The translations under genes and the position numbers were made by a program. The notes beneath the pieces are model-generated. The model was not told the origin of the DNA. It did no database searches and saw only the letters and a list, made by a program, of their open reading frames with translations. Positions 19,801 to 29,387 of a stretch of DNA of 64,000 bases are shown one piece after another. The DNA is from Bacteriovoracaceae bacterium (lineage in GTDB: Bacteria > Bdellovibrionota > Bacteriovoracia > Bacteriovoracales > Bacteriovoracaceae). Location: assembly GCA_018649885.1 (NCBI GenBank), contig JABIHA010000036.1, forward strand, positions 62,001-126,000. The letters run 5' to 3'. Each line of letters opens with the position of its first letter. Positions within the stretch are counted from its first letter, which is position 1.

Positions 19801-20754
19801 ATGAAAACATTAACCCTATTTTTATTCTTAGTGACAATTTCGCAAAATGTTTTTGCTGAAATTGAAGTAGTTATTGATGCCGGTGTTGACGGACATGATG
19901 ATGCACTTTGTGAATTTCCAAATGCCGTATTTAATCCAGACAAAAAGCAGAAAGTGAAATTTAAAATTCTTGGTGCTGAAAAAGGTGACAGTTTTGTAGT
20001 GACCTACTCTAGTAATGGATACAATGACATTAGCCTTGAAAAGTATAAAACATTTGAAACAAAGAAAGATTCATTTAAAGTTCCAGTTTATCCAGTAAAT
20101 GATGATCTTCAATTTGCAGTAAATACTGTAATTGTTGTAAAAAAAGAAAGAGATGGGGAATTAGCAGAAACAGCATCAAAAGAATTTCGCGTTTATAAGA
20201 GATTAATCTTCCAAAAAACGAAAGATACTAGTCTTGATTGCTTTCAACGATTTAGAACTGAAAAGCTAACAGGACTAATCCATAATACTACTTCAACTGA
20301 AAGAGTCATCAATGTTTCAGAGCAAGTGACTAATTCAGTATATGAGACAAAGAGTAAATCAACATCATTTTTCTTACGTCTAAGTCTTATGAATTTAGTT
20401 GATATGGGGCCAACATTCAATTCGATGAAATCTGTGGCCAAAGGAACTGTAAAAACTGTCTCTAGAAACTTAACTACAAGAATTCAGCCAGGAGAGACAA
20501 TTATCTTGGGTAAGCAACAAACACTTTTTAAAGACCACTACAATGTATATAGACCCAATCTTTGTGGGACACATGAAAATGTAGGAACTGGGGTTTTAAA
20601 TTATTACAGAACTAATTACCCTGCTGTAGTTGTTGATCCAATGGCAGACAATCCATTTGGATCTCTAGGTGTAGGATACGATGACACGTTAAATACATGT
20701 GGTGTTGATGAGTTTGAAGGTGAAGAGATTATCTTTGACCTTGGTAATATTTAA
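19801..20754 (+). CDS. Secreted hypothetical protein with aerolysin/ETX-MTX2-like Ser/Thr-rich stem
   Basis: Signal peptide; GGAG RBS; HNTTSTERVINVSEQVTNSVYETKSKSTSFF...FNSMKSVAKGTVKTVSRNLTTRIQPGET. Confidence 0.65.
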   Translation: MKTLTLFLFLVTISQNVFAEIEVVIDAGVDGHDDALCEFPNAVFNPDKKQKVKFKILGAEKGDSFVVTYSSNGYNDISLEKYKTFETKKDSFKVPVYPVNDDLQFAVNTVIVVKKERDGELAETASKEFRVYKRLIFQKTKDTSLDCFQRFRTEKLTGLIHNTTSTERVINVSEQVTNSVYETKSKSTSFFLRLSLMNLVDMGPTFNSMKSVAKGTVKTVSRNLTTRIQPGETIILGKQQTLFKDHYNVYRPNLCGTHENVGTGVLNYYRTNYPAVVVDPMADNPFGSLGVGYDDTLNTCGVDEFEGEEIIFDLGNI

Positions 20755-20765
20755 AAGGAAAAGTA

Positions 20766-22433
20766 ATGAGAGGTTTTTGGTTTTCACTATTACTTACGAG
20801 TAATGTGTTTGCTCTATCCGAAGGTTTTACGCCAGTGGCTAAAACCTTCAATGAAGCAGCTGATATTAAGGTTTCAGTCGACTTAAGTTCTGCAAATGGC
20901 GCCCATAAAATCAATTCAAAATTTTATGGCAGCCAGATTTCTAACTTTGTTCCCAATCCAAGCTCAAGTGTAATGAAGGGCCTTGGTCTGGGAATGATTC
21001 GTATTGGTGGAAACCTTTACGATGGGTTTAACTGGAAAAATGGATTCTTGTATATCCCCTTAGACGTTCCCAAAAAAAGTATCTCCTTTGAAGAATTTGC
21101 ACGGTATTTCAAGGCCAATGATGTAGAGCCCATATTCCAAGTTAATTTTTTAGGAAGGGCGGTTCGAAAACGACTACCAGAAGACGAGACAACACCAAGT
21201 GGCTATGTACTTAGAGATTTTGCCGATGAGAGCTTTGCTGCTGATTTGGTGAAACATCTTAATGGCAGCTTAGGGCTAGGGGTAAAACATTTTTGCATGG
21301 GTAATGAACCTATGCAGTGGATGGACACTCATATTGAAACGTATCCCTTTGAAGAGCCTCTTACTGCTGACCAATATATTGATAAATATGTGAGTTACGC
21401 TCTTGCCATGAGGAAGGCGCAAGATGAAATAAGTGGAAATGCAAATGATATTAAACTATGGGGACCTGAAATCTCCATTAGCTATTATGATTGGCAGACA
21501 GGGAATATGACCAAAGATTGCGAATGGACCGATATCTGGGGACAGATTTCTTGTCACTATGGCAAAAATGATGAGTTTGATCAATTTCTTCCCTATATGT
21601 TTCATCGATTATCTGAAATTGAAAAAGACAAAAAGTTGAATCCAAGAGGTTACAAACTACTCGATTACGCTAGTTTTCACTACTATCCTAATTTTAGAAC
21701 AGAAATTTCTGATGTGGACAGTATTATAACTCACGAAAATGGAAAACAGAAAATTCAACAAATTCTAGATCACACTCGTGTTCTTGATGATCCAGGATTT
21801 ACAAATACAATTGATATTAGCTCATATCGAAATTTTTCTCCAAATATTCTGGGAAGAATGAGTAAGTGGATGAAACAGTATTATCCAGATGCTAAGCTTG
21901 CTCTTTCTGAGTTTGCAGTAGATTCATTTGATACAAGTTATGGCTACCACCCCATCATAAGACCACTTTATATGGCCGATATCATTGGAAGACTTGCAGG
22001 CGCTGGAGTTTCATTTTTTGGTAGAGCATTTCTAAACACCTATGATCCATATAAAATACCTTGGGTTTTAATTGAAAATGATAGAACGACTCCTCTTTAC
22101 GATTTATATGCTCAGTTCACTCACAACTTTGTTGGTAGCATTTTGAATGTAGAGGTTGATTCAAATAAGTGGGTCAGTGTATATGCCTCTTTAAAAGGTG
22201 AAGATAAAAAGCAGATAACTGTTGTTGTCGTTAATAAGTCACCTGCATCACAAAGTGTCAGTATAAAGATAAAGGGTAGCAGTAAAGAACATCCAGCTGT
22301 AAATATAGATCAACCTGGTTGGTCAGTACGTTTTTATAAAATTCCAGCGAGAGGAAAGAAAATACAGCACACTACTTTTGGACCATCTGATCTAGGAATT
22401 GAAGCAGATCTGTTTTACCTGGATCATCTGTAA
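20766..22433 (+). CDS. Secreted GH44-like (clan GH-A) endoglycanase
   Basis: IRIGGN...FNW, MGNEP..W..TH (acid/base), SFHYYP, LSEF (nucleophile), C-terminal beta-sandwich (VVVVNKS). Confidence 0.75.
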   Translation: MRGFWFSLLLTSNVFALSEGFTPVAKTFNEAADIKVSVDLSSANGAHKINSKFYGSQISNFVPNPSSSVMKGLGLGMIRIGGNLYDGFNWKNGFLYIPLDVPKKSISFEEFARYFKANDVEPIFQVNFLGRAVRKRLPEDETTPSGYVLRDFADESFAADLVKHLNGSLGLGVKHFCMGNEPMQWMDTHIETYPFEEPLTADQYIDKYVSYALAMRKAQDEISGNANDIKLWGPEISISYYDWQTGNMTKDCEWTDIWGQISCHYGKNDEFDQFLPYMFHRLSEIEKDKKLNPRGYKLLDYASFHYYPNFRTEISDVDSIITHENGKQKIQQILDHTRVLDDPGFTNTIDISSYRNFSPNILGRMSKWMKQYYPDAKLALSEFAVDSFDTSYGYHPIIRPLYMADIIGRLAGAGVSFFGRAFLNTYDPYKIPWVLIENDRTTPLYDLYAQFTHNFVGSILNVEVDSNKWVSVYASLKGEDKKQITVVVVNKSPASQSVSIKIKGSSKEHPAVNIDQPGWSVRFYKIPARGKKIQHTTFGPSDLGIEADLFYLDHL

Positions 22434-24436
22434 TGAGAGTTCTAATAATAGTTTTGATTACTGTATTGAATTCATCGTATGGTGCTGCTCTTTCCAAATT
22501 AAAATCACAAAGATTTAACTTACCTCTAGTTGCTCATGGCAAATATGAGATTTATACTCTTAAAAAATTAACAGGTTTAGAGCGAGAAGGAAATTTCTTG
22601 AAGAGATTTTACGAAGTTTTAATCACTGACCGTAAAAACTTTGATGTTCATCTAAATAAAAAGCAACGAATTGTTCTCGATGAGCTTATTGTACGAGTAG
22701 GAATTTTAAAAGATGGTGGTTACAAAGAATCATTTGTTCGAAGCATTGAAAATGAAAAACACGAGCTTTTAATTCAAATTGTTGAACTTGCTAGACTACA
22801 TGAGCTATTAGTTCATCACCTACCTTATTATATGGATAAAAGGCCAAGGCCAAATCACCCATTCTTCTATGGAAAGGGCCATGCCTATTGGAATGCTTTT
22901 TCACTGAGAATTCGTGCATCAAGGCCTTACGGGAAGGCGCTGAATTTAGTAGATTCGGATCAACCTATCGATCAAAGAGATCCAAGAAATTCAGTTTTCT
23001 GGAATAGAAGAAAGAAGGCTGAAGAGACATATCATTATGGTAAAAAAAGAGATGAGCTCTGTAGTAAAGAGCGAATTTATTTCTTCAAGGAAAGGAAAAA
23101 TATTCCAGAGTATGGTGGGGGACGAAATCCAGGCGTAAAGCTATACACATATTTTGATGACCCCAAAAAAGGTCGTGACAAAGACAGTTATTCAGCAAAA
23201 TTTGCTATGAAATATCAAAACTCCAAAGGGGCCCTTTTTCATAAACAGGAAGCTTATATTGAAACAGGTCTAAACGGTCTTTATAAGGCAATGGGTTACA
23301 ATACTGATAAAGGATATTATTGCGATTCTATTGTAATGAGGTTTCATCCTAAGCTATTCAATTTGTCTGAGAGTAAGCTTATTCAACTCAATATTTTCGA
23401 CTTAAGGCTTTATTATAAAAGCTTGATACTTGTTGATGGTAGTGAAGTAGCGTTTGAAGATGCTGTTGATGTCTATAGGTATATGGATCATTCAAAAATC
23501 AATAAAATCAATATTTATGGCTCTCCAGTAGAATCCTATGTGATTAAAGAACAATATGTGGGAAAAATTGAATTTATCCGCACATATGGAATATACCTCG
23601 AAAAGAGATCTAAAAAGTATACACGTGTTTTTAGCTGGAATAGAACGGGCCTTTCCCATCAAGACAGAAGAGAAATACGAGCACTTTTACTTATTGATAG
23701 TTGGTTTGGGAATGTGGATAATTTTGGATTCAACCTAAAAGTTGTCTTTAAAAATGTTTCTGACAAAACTAAGCCTAGGAAAATGTCTTTTGTTCTAGTT
23801 GACAGCGGTGACTCCCTTGCTCCACATGATCTTCAAGTTGATTATCTGATTGAGGGTGGATATTTACCACTAGAGCTTCGTGAAGCACTCAAGGCCTCAA
23901 AATTTGAGTTATTCAATGAATTGAGCGAACCCTATAAAAATCTTTCTGATATAGAGGTACAAATTAATCGTTTTGGTTGGAGTATCTTTGGTGATAGCTC
24001 AGAAAGCAAAACTCTAGGTAGTTTTGAATCAGAGGAAAAGGCCATCGAGAAAGTTCGAGATGATTTAATTTTATTTCGCTCCCTTAGGCTCGAAAAATTA
24101 ACTCCGTATTTAACTATTGATGATCTGAAGTGGACCACTCGTTTGATTGCAGGCCTCACTGAAAAACAAATTCTTCATTCCTTTTCAACTTCTGGAATTG
24201 GATATGCTGGAGCTGTGCTTGTTACTGAAAAATTAATTTCACGAAGAGACCAATTGGTAAGGTATTTTGGACTTGATGGTGAGATACCACTACTTAGACC
24301 GGCGGGAGCTAATAAAGAATTGAATGTAAAAGGGGATGGCCATATTCGAATTGAGAAAAAATCGAAGAGCAAAAAAGTGTTGATACCCTCTTATGGTCAC
24401 AGTGTTGAAAAGGGCACTTTTAAAACAGCGAAATGA
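22433..24436 (+). CDS. Secreted atypical protein-kinase-like fold protein (HipA/PI3-4K/CotH-like)
   Basis: Signal peptide; GGGRNPG, SAKF, EAYIE...AMGY, REIRAL...WFGNVDNFGFN, LVDSG, KLISRR. Confidence 0.55.
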   Translation: MRVLIIVLITVLNSSYGAALSKLKSQRFNLPLVAHGKYEIYTLKKLTGLEREGNFLKRFYEVLITDRKNFDVHLNKKQRIVLDELIVRVGILKDGGYKESFVRSIENEKHELLIQIVELARLHELLVHHLPYYMDKRPRPNHPFFYGKGHAYWNAFSLRIRASRPYGKALNLVDSDQPIDQRDPRNSVFWNRRKKAEETYHYGKKRDELCSKERIYFFKERKNIPEYGGGRNPGVKLYTYFDDPKKGRDKDSYSAKFAMKYQNSKGALFHKQEAYIETGLNGLYKAMGYNTDKGYYCDSIVMRFHPKLFNLSESKLIQLNIFDLRLYYKSLILVDGSEVAFEDAVDVYRYMDHSKINKINIYGSPVESYVIKEQYVGKIEFIRTYGIYLEKRSKKYTRVFSWNRTGLSHQDRREIRALLLIDSWFGNVDNFGFNLKVVFKNVSDKTKPRKMSFVLVDSGDSLAPHDLQVDYLIEGGYLPLELREALKASKFELFNELSEPYKNLSDIEVQINRFGWSIFGDSSESKTLGSFESEEKAIEKVRDDLILFRSLRLEKLTPYLTIDDLKWTTRLIAGLTEKQILHSFSTSGIGYAGAVLVTEKLISRRDQLVRYFGLDGEIPLLRPAGANKELNVKGDGHIRIEKKSKSKKVLIPSYGHSVEKGTFKTAK

Positions 24437-25497
24437 AAATACTACACCTTGTTGAATATTTAGAGTTAGGCGGAATTGAAAGGCTACTTTCAACTTTTTC
24501 TGATTACGCAAATGATAAGGCAGTCTTTTTTGCCTATGAAATGGATGGTCCCAAAGGAATCTCTCTGGAGATGGCCCGTAAGGGAAGAAAAGTTTATTTT
24601 TATAAAAAACAGGCCGGTCATGATGGCTGCGTAGTAAAGAAACTTAAAAAAATTATCAAAGAAGAGAATATAAGTACTATTCATACTCATGATTTTGGAC
24701 CTATGGAATATGCCCTACGTCTTAAATTACTATTTCCTAAAATACAGTTAGTTCATACTCAACATACGCTACACCATTTTTTATCCAACAAAAAATATAC
24801 TTATTTTTTCCAGTTTGCTGCTCTATTTTACAAAAAGATAGTTTGCGTTAGTGAGAGCGTAAAAAAAGCACTTCAAAAAAAATTTGTCATTCCACTTCGA
24901 AACCTTGAAGTTATTTACAATGGAATTGCTCTTGAAAAATTTCCATGGAATGAGTCGGTTTATTTTTCTAATATATTGAGATTAGTTGGTGTCAGCCGAA
25001 TTTCTGCTGAGAAAAACCTCGAACATACAATAAAGAGCCTCTATTACCTTAAGCAAAGAGGCATCGAGTTTGAGTACAGGCATATTGGTTCAGGTGAACA
25101 AGAATATGAGGAAAAAATAAAAAAATCTGTAACAGACTTAGGACTGGATCAAAATATAAAATTTTTAGGGCACCAGGAAAATGTGTCACCCTTCTTAGTT
25201 GATGCTCAGGTTTTTATTTCAAGTTCTTTTACTGAAGGGCATCCAATTTCTGTGGTTGAGGCACTGGCATCTGGCTTAACTTGTTTTTTGAGTGATATTG
25301 ATCCTCATGCTATTTTTAAAAATAGTAACGTACATTATTTTTCACTTGAAAATGGATCAATGCTAGTTGATCTCCTCTCGGAATACACAGAAGATAGTGA
25401 AAAATATGGAGCCTCTCTTGCAAGAGGTAGAGATTTTATCAAAAATTATTTTTCAATTGAAACAACACTAGATGAATATATGAAAATTTATAGGTGA
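24433..25497 (+). CDS. GT4 family glycosyltransferase
   Basis: MKILHLV..LELGGIE, VHTQH, VCVS, VIYNGI, SRISAEK, EGHPISVVEALASG. Confidence 0.92.
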   Translation: MKILHLVEYLELGGIERLLSTFSDYANDKAVFFAYEMDGPKGISLEMARKGRKVYFYKKQAGHDGCVVKKLKKIIKEENISTIHTHDFGPMEYALRLKLLFPKIQLVHTQHTLHHFLSNKKYTYFFQFAALFYKKIVCVSESVKKALQKKFVIPLRNLEVIYNGIALEKFPWNESVYFSNILRLVGVSRISAEKNLEHTIKSLYYLKQRGIEFEYRHIGSGEQEYEEKIKKSVTDLGLDQNIKFLGHQENVSPFLVDAQVFISSSFTEGHPISVVEALASGLTCFLSDIDPHAIFKNSNVHYFSLENGSMLVDLLSEYTEDSEKYGASLARGRDFIKNYFSIETTLDEYMKIYR

Positions 25498-26339
25498 GTG
25501 TAATGAAAGAAGTCATGATCTCTATCGATGTTGAAGACTGGTTTTGCGTCAAAAATATGGCAAAATCAATTCCCTATGGTACTTGGGATCAGCATGAGCT
25601 TAGAATAAACCGCGGTTTAGATTTTATCTTAGCAGAGTTTAAAAAAAGAAAAATTCGTGGAACATTTTTTATGCTGGGATGGCTAGCAGACAAGTGTCCA
25701 GGAATTGTAGAAAAAATTGAAAGTGAAGGTCACGAAGTGGCAACTCATGGATATAATCACCAAACGATTGATACAATGGAGCAGCAAACTTTTAAGAATG
25801 ATTTGCGCAAGTCTGTCGATGTAATAAACAACCAATTAAAATTCTCTAAAGTGGGCGGTTATCGTGCACCAAGCTTTTCTATTACAGAAAAAACTTGGTG
25901 GGCGCTAGATTGTTTAAAAGAGCTCGGTTTGAAATACGATTCTAGTATTTATCCAGTTTCTCATCCCGATTATGGCGTAAGAGACTTTGGCCGAGATATT
26001 AAAAATATTGAAGGTATTGTTGAAGTTCCTATGAATTATGCTGAAATACTTGGTCTTCGAATACCTATCTCTGGAGGAGGCTACTTTAGACTAATGCCTT
26101 ACTTTATTTTTAAGCTTTTTTTAAAGGCCGCATTGAAAAAAAGGCATGTGGTTCTTTATTTTCATCCCTGGGAGTTTGACCCCGAGCAGCCAAGAGTGAA
26201 ATTACCTCTTTTGAAGAGTTTTCGTCACTACGTAGGCCTCTCTAGTAACCGTTCTAAATTTATTAAATTACTCGATGATTTTAATTTTACGACTATGAGT
26301 GCTTATCTTTATAATGAAGAAATGCCATTATCTAGGTGA
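25494..26339 (+). CDS. Polysaccharide deacetylase, XrtA/PEP-CTERM-system type (DUF3473)
   Basis: SIDVEDWF, GTFFMLGW, HEVATHG, GYRAPSFS, YDSSIYP, GGGYFRL, YFHPWEFDP. Confidence 0.9.
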   Translation: MSVMKEVMISIDVEDWFCVKNMAKSIPYGTWDQHELRINRGLDFILAEFKKRKIRGTFFMLGWLADKCPGIVEKIESEGHEVATHGYNHQTIDTMEQQTFKNDLRKSVDVINNQLKFSKVGGYRAPSFSITEKTWWALDCLKELGLKYDSSIYPVSHPDYGVRDFGRDIKNIEGIVEVPMNYAEILGLRIPISGGGYFRLMPYFIFKLFLKAALKKRHVVLYFHPWEFDPEQPRVKLPLLKSFRHYVGLSSNRSKFIKLLDDFNFTTMSAYLYNEEMPLSR

Positions 26340-27334
26340 TAATGGAGTCACAAAAGAGGATTCAATTTTTGACTAAATTCTTCACATTCTCACTTTTATC
26401 ACTATTCATGGTCTCCTGCGTATGGGCAGGCTCAAGTATGAAATTAACTCTCGATGGGAAAGTTTTAAAAAATAAAAATGGTGAAACCGTTACCCTTCGA
26501 GGCGTTGCCATTGCAGATCCACAACACCTGGATTTAAAAACTTGGGATAGGCCTGGTGTTAACTCTGTTTCAAGGGTCAAAGAAATTATTTCGCTTTTAA
26601 AAGTGAATGTAATTCGACTGCCAATACTGCCGGAGTCAAGTGAGGGGACTGGTTTTTTAAATTCGCCAAAAGCCTACTTTAATAATCACCTGCTTCCTAT
26701 TTTAGAATATTGTTTAACAAAGAAAATTTATGTGATTGTAGATCTTCACTATGTTGAAGATTTTACAAAAGTAAAAAAGAAGGCGCATAAATTTTGGAAG
26801 ATTCTAGCACCAAAGCTTTCGGGCTTTCCCCATATTATTTATCAGGCATTTAATGAGGCCACAACTCCTCACAACTGGGAACAATATAAGGACCAAATTG
26901 CAAGACCAATAATTAAAATCATAAGAAAATCAAATCCAGAGGCAATTGTAATCGTGGGAAGTCCAAGATGGAACACACTCTCAGTTGAAGTAAATAATTC
27001 ACCACTTGATGAAAAAGGGGTGCTGTATTCTGTTCATATATATCCAAATGAATGGAAGAGTGCGAATTTTAATACCAAATACTTACCACTACTCAAAAAT
27101 CATCCTGTGATTTTAAGTGAGTGGGGGTTTAGTCAAAATCCAAAACTTGCTAAACTCTACGGAGACAAAGATAGCTATGCCTATCCGCTGTTAAAAGTTT
27201 TCGAAGAAAATGGTGGTCATCATGTGGCCTGGGTTTATGATTCTCTATGGGTACCGTCCCTTTTGGAAAAAAATCATGTGATGTCTCAGTCATTTGGCGA
27301 ATTTTTCAAAAATTTTATCAACTCTAAAAAATAA
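26336..27334 (+). CDS. GH5 (cellulase family) glycoside hydrolase
   Basis: VTLRGV, NVIRLP, YVIVDLH, FNEA (acid/base), HIYP, LSEWGF; N-terminal signal. Confidence 0.88.
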   Translation: MIMESQKRIQFLTKFFTFSLLSLFMVSCVWAGSSMKLTLDGKVLKNKNGETVTLRGVAIADPQHLDLKTWDRPGVNSVSRVKEIISLLKVNVIRLPILPESSEGTGFLNSPKAYFNNHLLPILEYCLTKKIYVIVDLHYVEDFTKVKKKAHKFWKILAPKLSGFPHIIYQAFNEATTPHNWEQYKDQIARPIIKIIRKSNPEAIVIVGSPRWNTLSVEVNNSPLDEKGVLYSVHIYPNEWKSANFNTKYLPLLKNHPVILSEWGFSQNPKLAKLYGDKDSYAYPLLKVFEENGGHHVAWVYDSLWVPSLLEKNHVMSQSFGEFFKNFINSKK

Positions 27335-28109
27335 AGTAGTTAAGACCTAAGCCGATTTCAAGGGAATCGTCTGGATGGGTGGTAAAAAGTTTGCGATTAT
27401 CACGTGAGCGAATGAGTGAACTGTATTCGATATATGGTGAAATGGTGAAGTTTCCTCCACTAACAATATCCAAACTGATACTGGCGCCGACAGAGTCATC
27501 TCGGTTATTTGATTTGTGATAAAGGGACTCAAGCCAGCTTGCGTTCAGAGTTAAAGAAAGGCTTTCAGTGGCATCAAATCTAGCTCCAGAAGTGGATTTC
27601 AGCTCAAATATAGTGTCACCGTAGGTTATATCATCTCTTACTAGGTAGGAGTACCTACCCTTGAAAAAGGGAGTTACAAGACCAAATTCTCTGCTCTCTA
27701 ATTTAAGCTCGTAACCTAACTCAGCTTGTTTTCTAGTCTCTTTCAGCATTTCTTTATGAGTGGCGGAAACAAGAATTATGGCCTGTTCTACTGAGATAGA
27801 ATTTAGCTTACTTTTCACTCTGCCCTCTACTGCTATATTTTCTATTCCCGACAGATCTTTGCCGTGGGCAAGGTAGCGCTGAAAAATAGCTGGAGTAAAT
27901 GCTAAACTGGTATTTTTTGACAAAAATGTCAGTGCTGTTGGATAGAGTGTGCTTTTTAGCCCATCAATTTTTTGATAGTAACTGCTTCCCCAAACCCAGT
28001 TTCTTTCACTAATAGTGGACCCATACAAATTAAGATGGATATTGGCCTCTGCTTTTGCAGTCAAACACGCCATGGTAAGTGCTACAATTAATTCTGTCTT
28101 TTTGAGCAT
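27324..28109 (-). CDS. Putative outer-membrane beta-barrel protein
   Basis: Signal peptide (AKAEA), alternating amphipathic strands, aromatic C-terminus IGLGLNYFIF. Confidence 0.6.
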   Translation of the reverse strand: MLKKTELIVALTMACLTAKAEANIHLNLYGSTISERNWVWGSSYYQKIDGLKSTLYPTALTFLSKNTSLAFTPAIFQRYLAHGKDLSGIENIAVEGRVKSKLNSISVEQAIILVSATHKEMLKETRKQAELGYELKLESREFGLVTPFFKGRYSYLVRDDITYGDTIFELKSTSGARFDATESLSLTLNASWLESLYHKSNNRDDSVGASISLDIVSGGNFTISPYIEYSSLIRSRDNRKLFTTHPDDSLEIGLGLNYFIF

Positions 28110-28310
28110 AAGAAGTTTTACTTTTTCTGGCAGGCTTTAGCCAGATCAGCCTGTAAAAGTTACCTTGATTAGTGCTTATTTTTGAATAAACCTCGCTCCT
28201 AACTCCTCAAAATCAAAGGCCTGTTTTTTAGAAGATATTACACACCCCGATGACATATTGGAGCGTCTTGGTTAATTTTTGGTTATCGAAAAATCTAAAG
28301 GGGAATAAAT

Positions 28311-29387
28311 TTGTCACACATGATGCTCATGACATCCATAGATGAAATCTTACGATCAGCACCTCAATGGAATAGTTTAAAAACTAGCCTTGATCTCCCA
28401 ATGGGTGAGTTTGAGTGGCTTTTATCTTCTTTTGAAAATCTTTCATCAGGAAAAAAACCTTACCTAGAATATACTACAGAAGATGATAAAATAATGGCCT
28501 TGGCTCCACTGGTAAAAGCGCCAGGTTTTTTTTCACCGCTTGAGTTAATTGGCAGTGGTGAGCATGGTGAGCCCATTGATTTTTGTTACGCAAATTCTAA
28601 GGCACTCAGAGAGTTAGTAAGTGACCTCTCTAATAATAATAGGCCTCTTCTTTTAAACCGAGTCCCTTTGACTTCACCTCTTCATTCGGCCATAAAAAAA
28701 TCATATAAAGGAAAAGGGATTGTCTATGTTAGCAAAGAGCAAACTTGTCCTTTTATCGAAATATCAAAAGAAGATCCACTTTCTTCAAGTTTAAAACGAG
28801 ATCTCAGGCGTGCCCAAAGAAAGGCTGATGCCATGGGAGAAGTAGATTTTGAATTACATACTCCAGATAGTGAGAAAGAGTTTAACCCGCTATGGGATCA
28901 GTGTCTTGAAATAGAATCGGCAAACTGGAAAGGGGAGTGTGAAAGCTCACTAAAAAAGGATCAAATAATAGGATCTTTTTACAAAACCTTCGCTCTTAAA
29001 GCAGCTAAAAGTGGTTCACTTAAAATAGGATTACTCAAAATCTCTGGCAAGGCAGTGGCGATGCAAATCGCCCTCGAACGAGGAAAAAGATTTTGGCTTC
29101 TTAAAATTGGCTATAATGAAAATTACAGAAATTGTTCTCCTGGACAGATTCTGATGAACCATACTTTTCAATATGCATTTGATAAAAAACTGAGGTCTTA
29201 CGAGTTTCTTGGGAACCCTTCTGCTTGGACTAAGAGGTGGACCAAAAATGAAAGAGATAATTTAAGAATAAAAGTTTATCCCTATTCTCTTAGAGGCATG
29301 GGACTTTTTGCAATTGATGGATTTAAATTTCTCGCTGGGAAGCTAAGAGATGCCAGGAACAAAAATGCTAAAAGCACTAAAAAATAA
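28311..29387 (+). CDS. CelD/BcsL-type GNAT acyltransferase
   Basis: ALAPL, IESANWKG, WLLKIGYNE.Y..CSPGQIL, YEFLG..SAWTKRW. Confidence 0.82.
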   Translation: MSHMMLMTSIDEILRSAPQWNSLKTSLDLPMGEFEWLLSSFENLSSGKKPYLEYTTEDDKIMALAPLVKAPGFFSPLELIGSGEHGEPIDFCYANSKALRELVSDLSNNNRPLLLNRVPLTSPLHSAIKKSYKGKGIVYVSKEQTCPFIEISKEDPLSSSLKRDLRRAQRKADAMGEVDFELHTPDSEKEFNPLWDQCLEIESANWKGECESSLKKDQIIGSFYKTFALKAAKSGSLKIGLLKISGKAVAMQIALERGKRFWLLKIGYNENYRNCSPGQILMNHTFQYAFDKKLRSYEFLGNPSAWTKRWTKNERDNLRIKVYPYSLRGMGLFAIDGFKFLAGKLRDARNKNAKSTKK

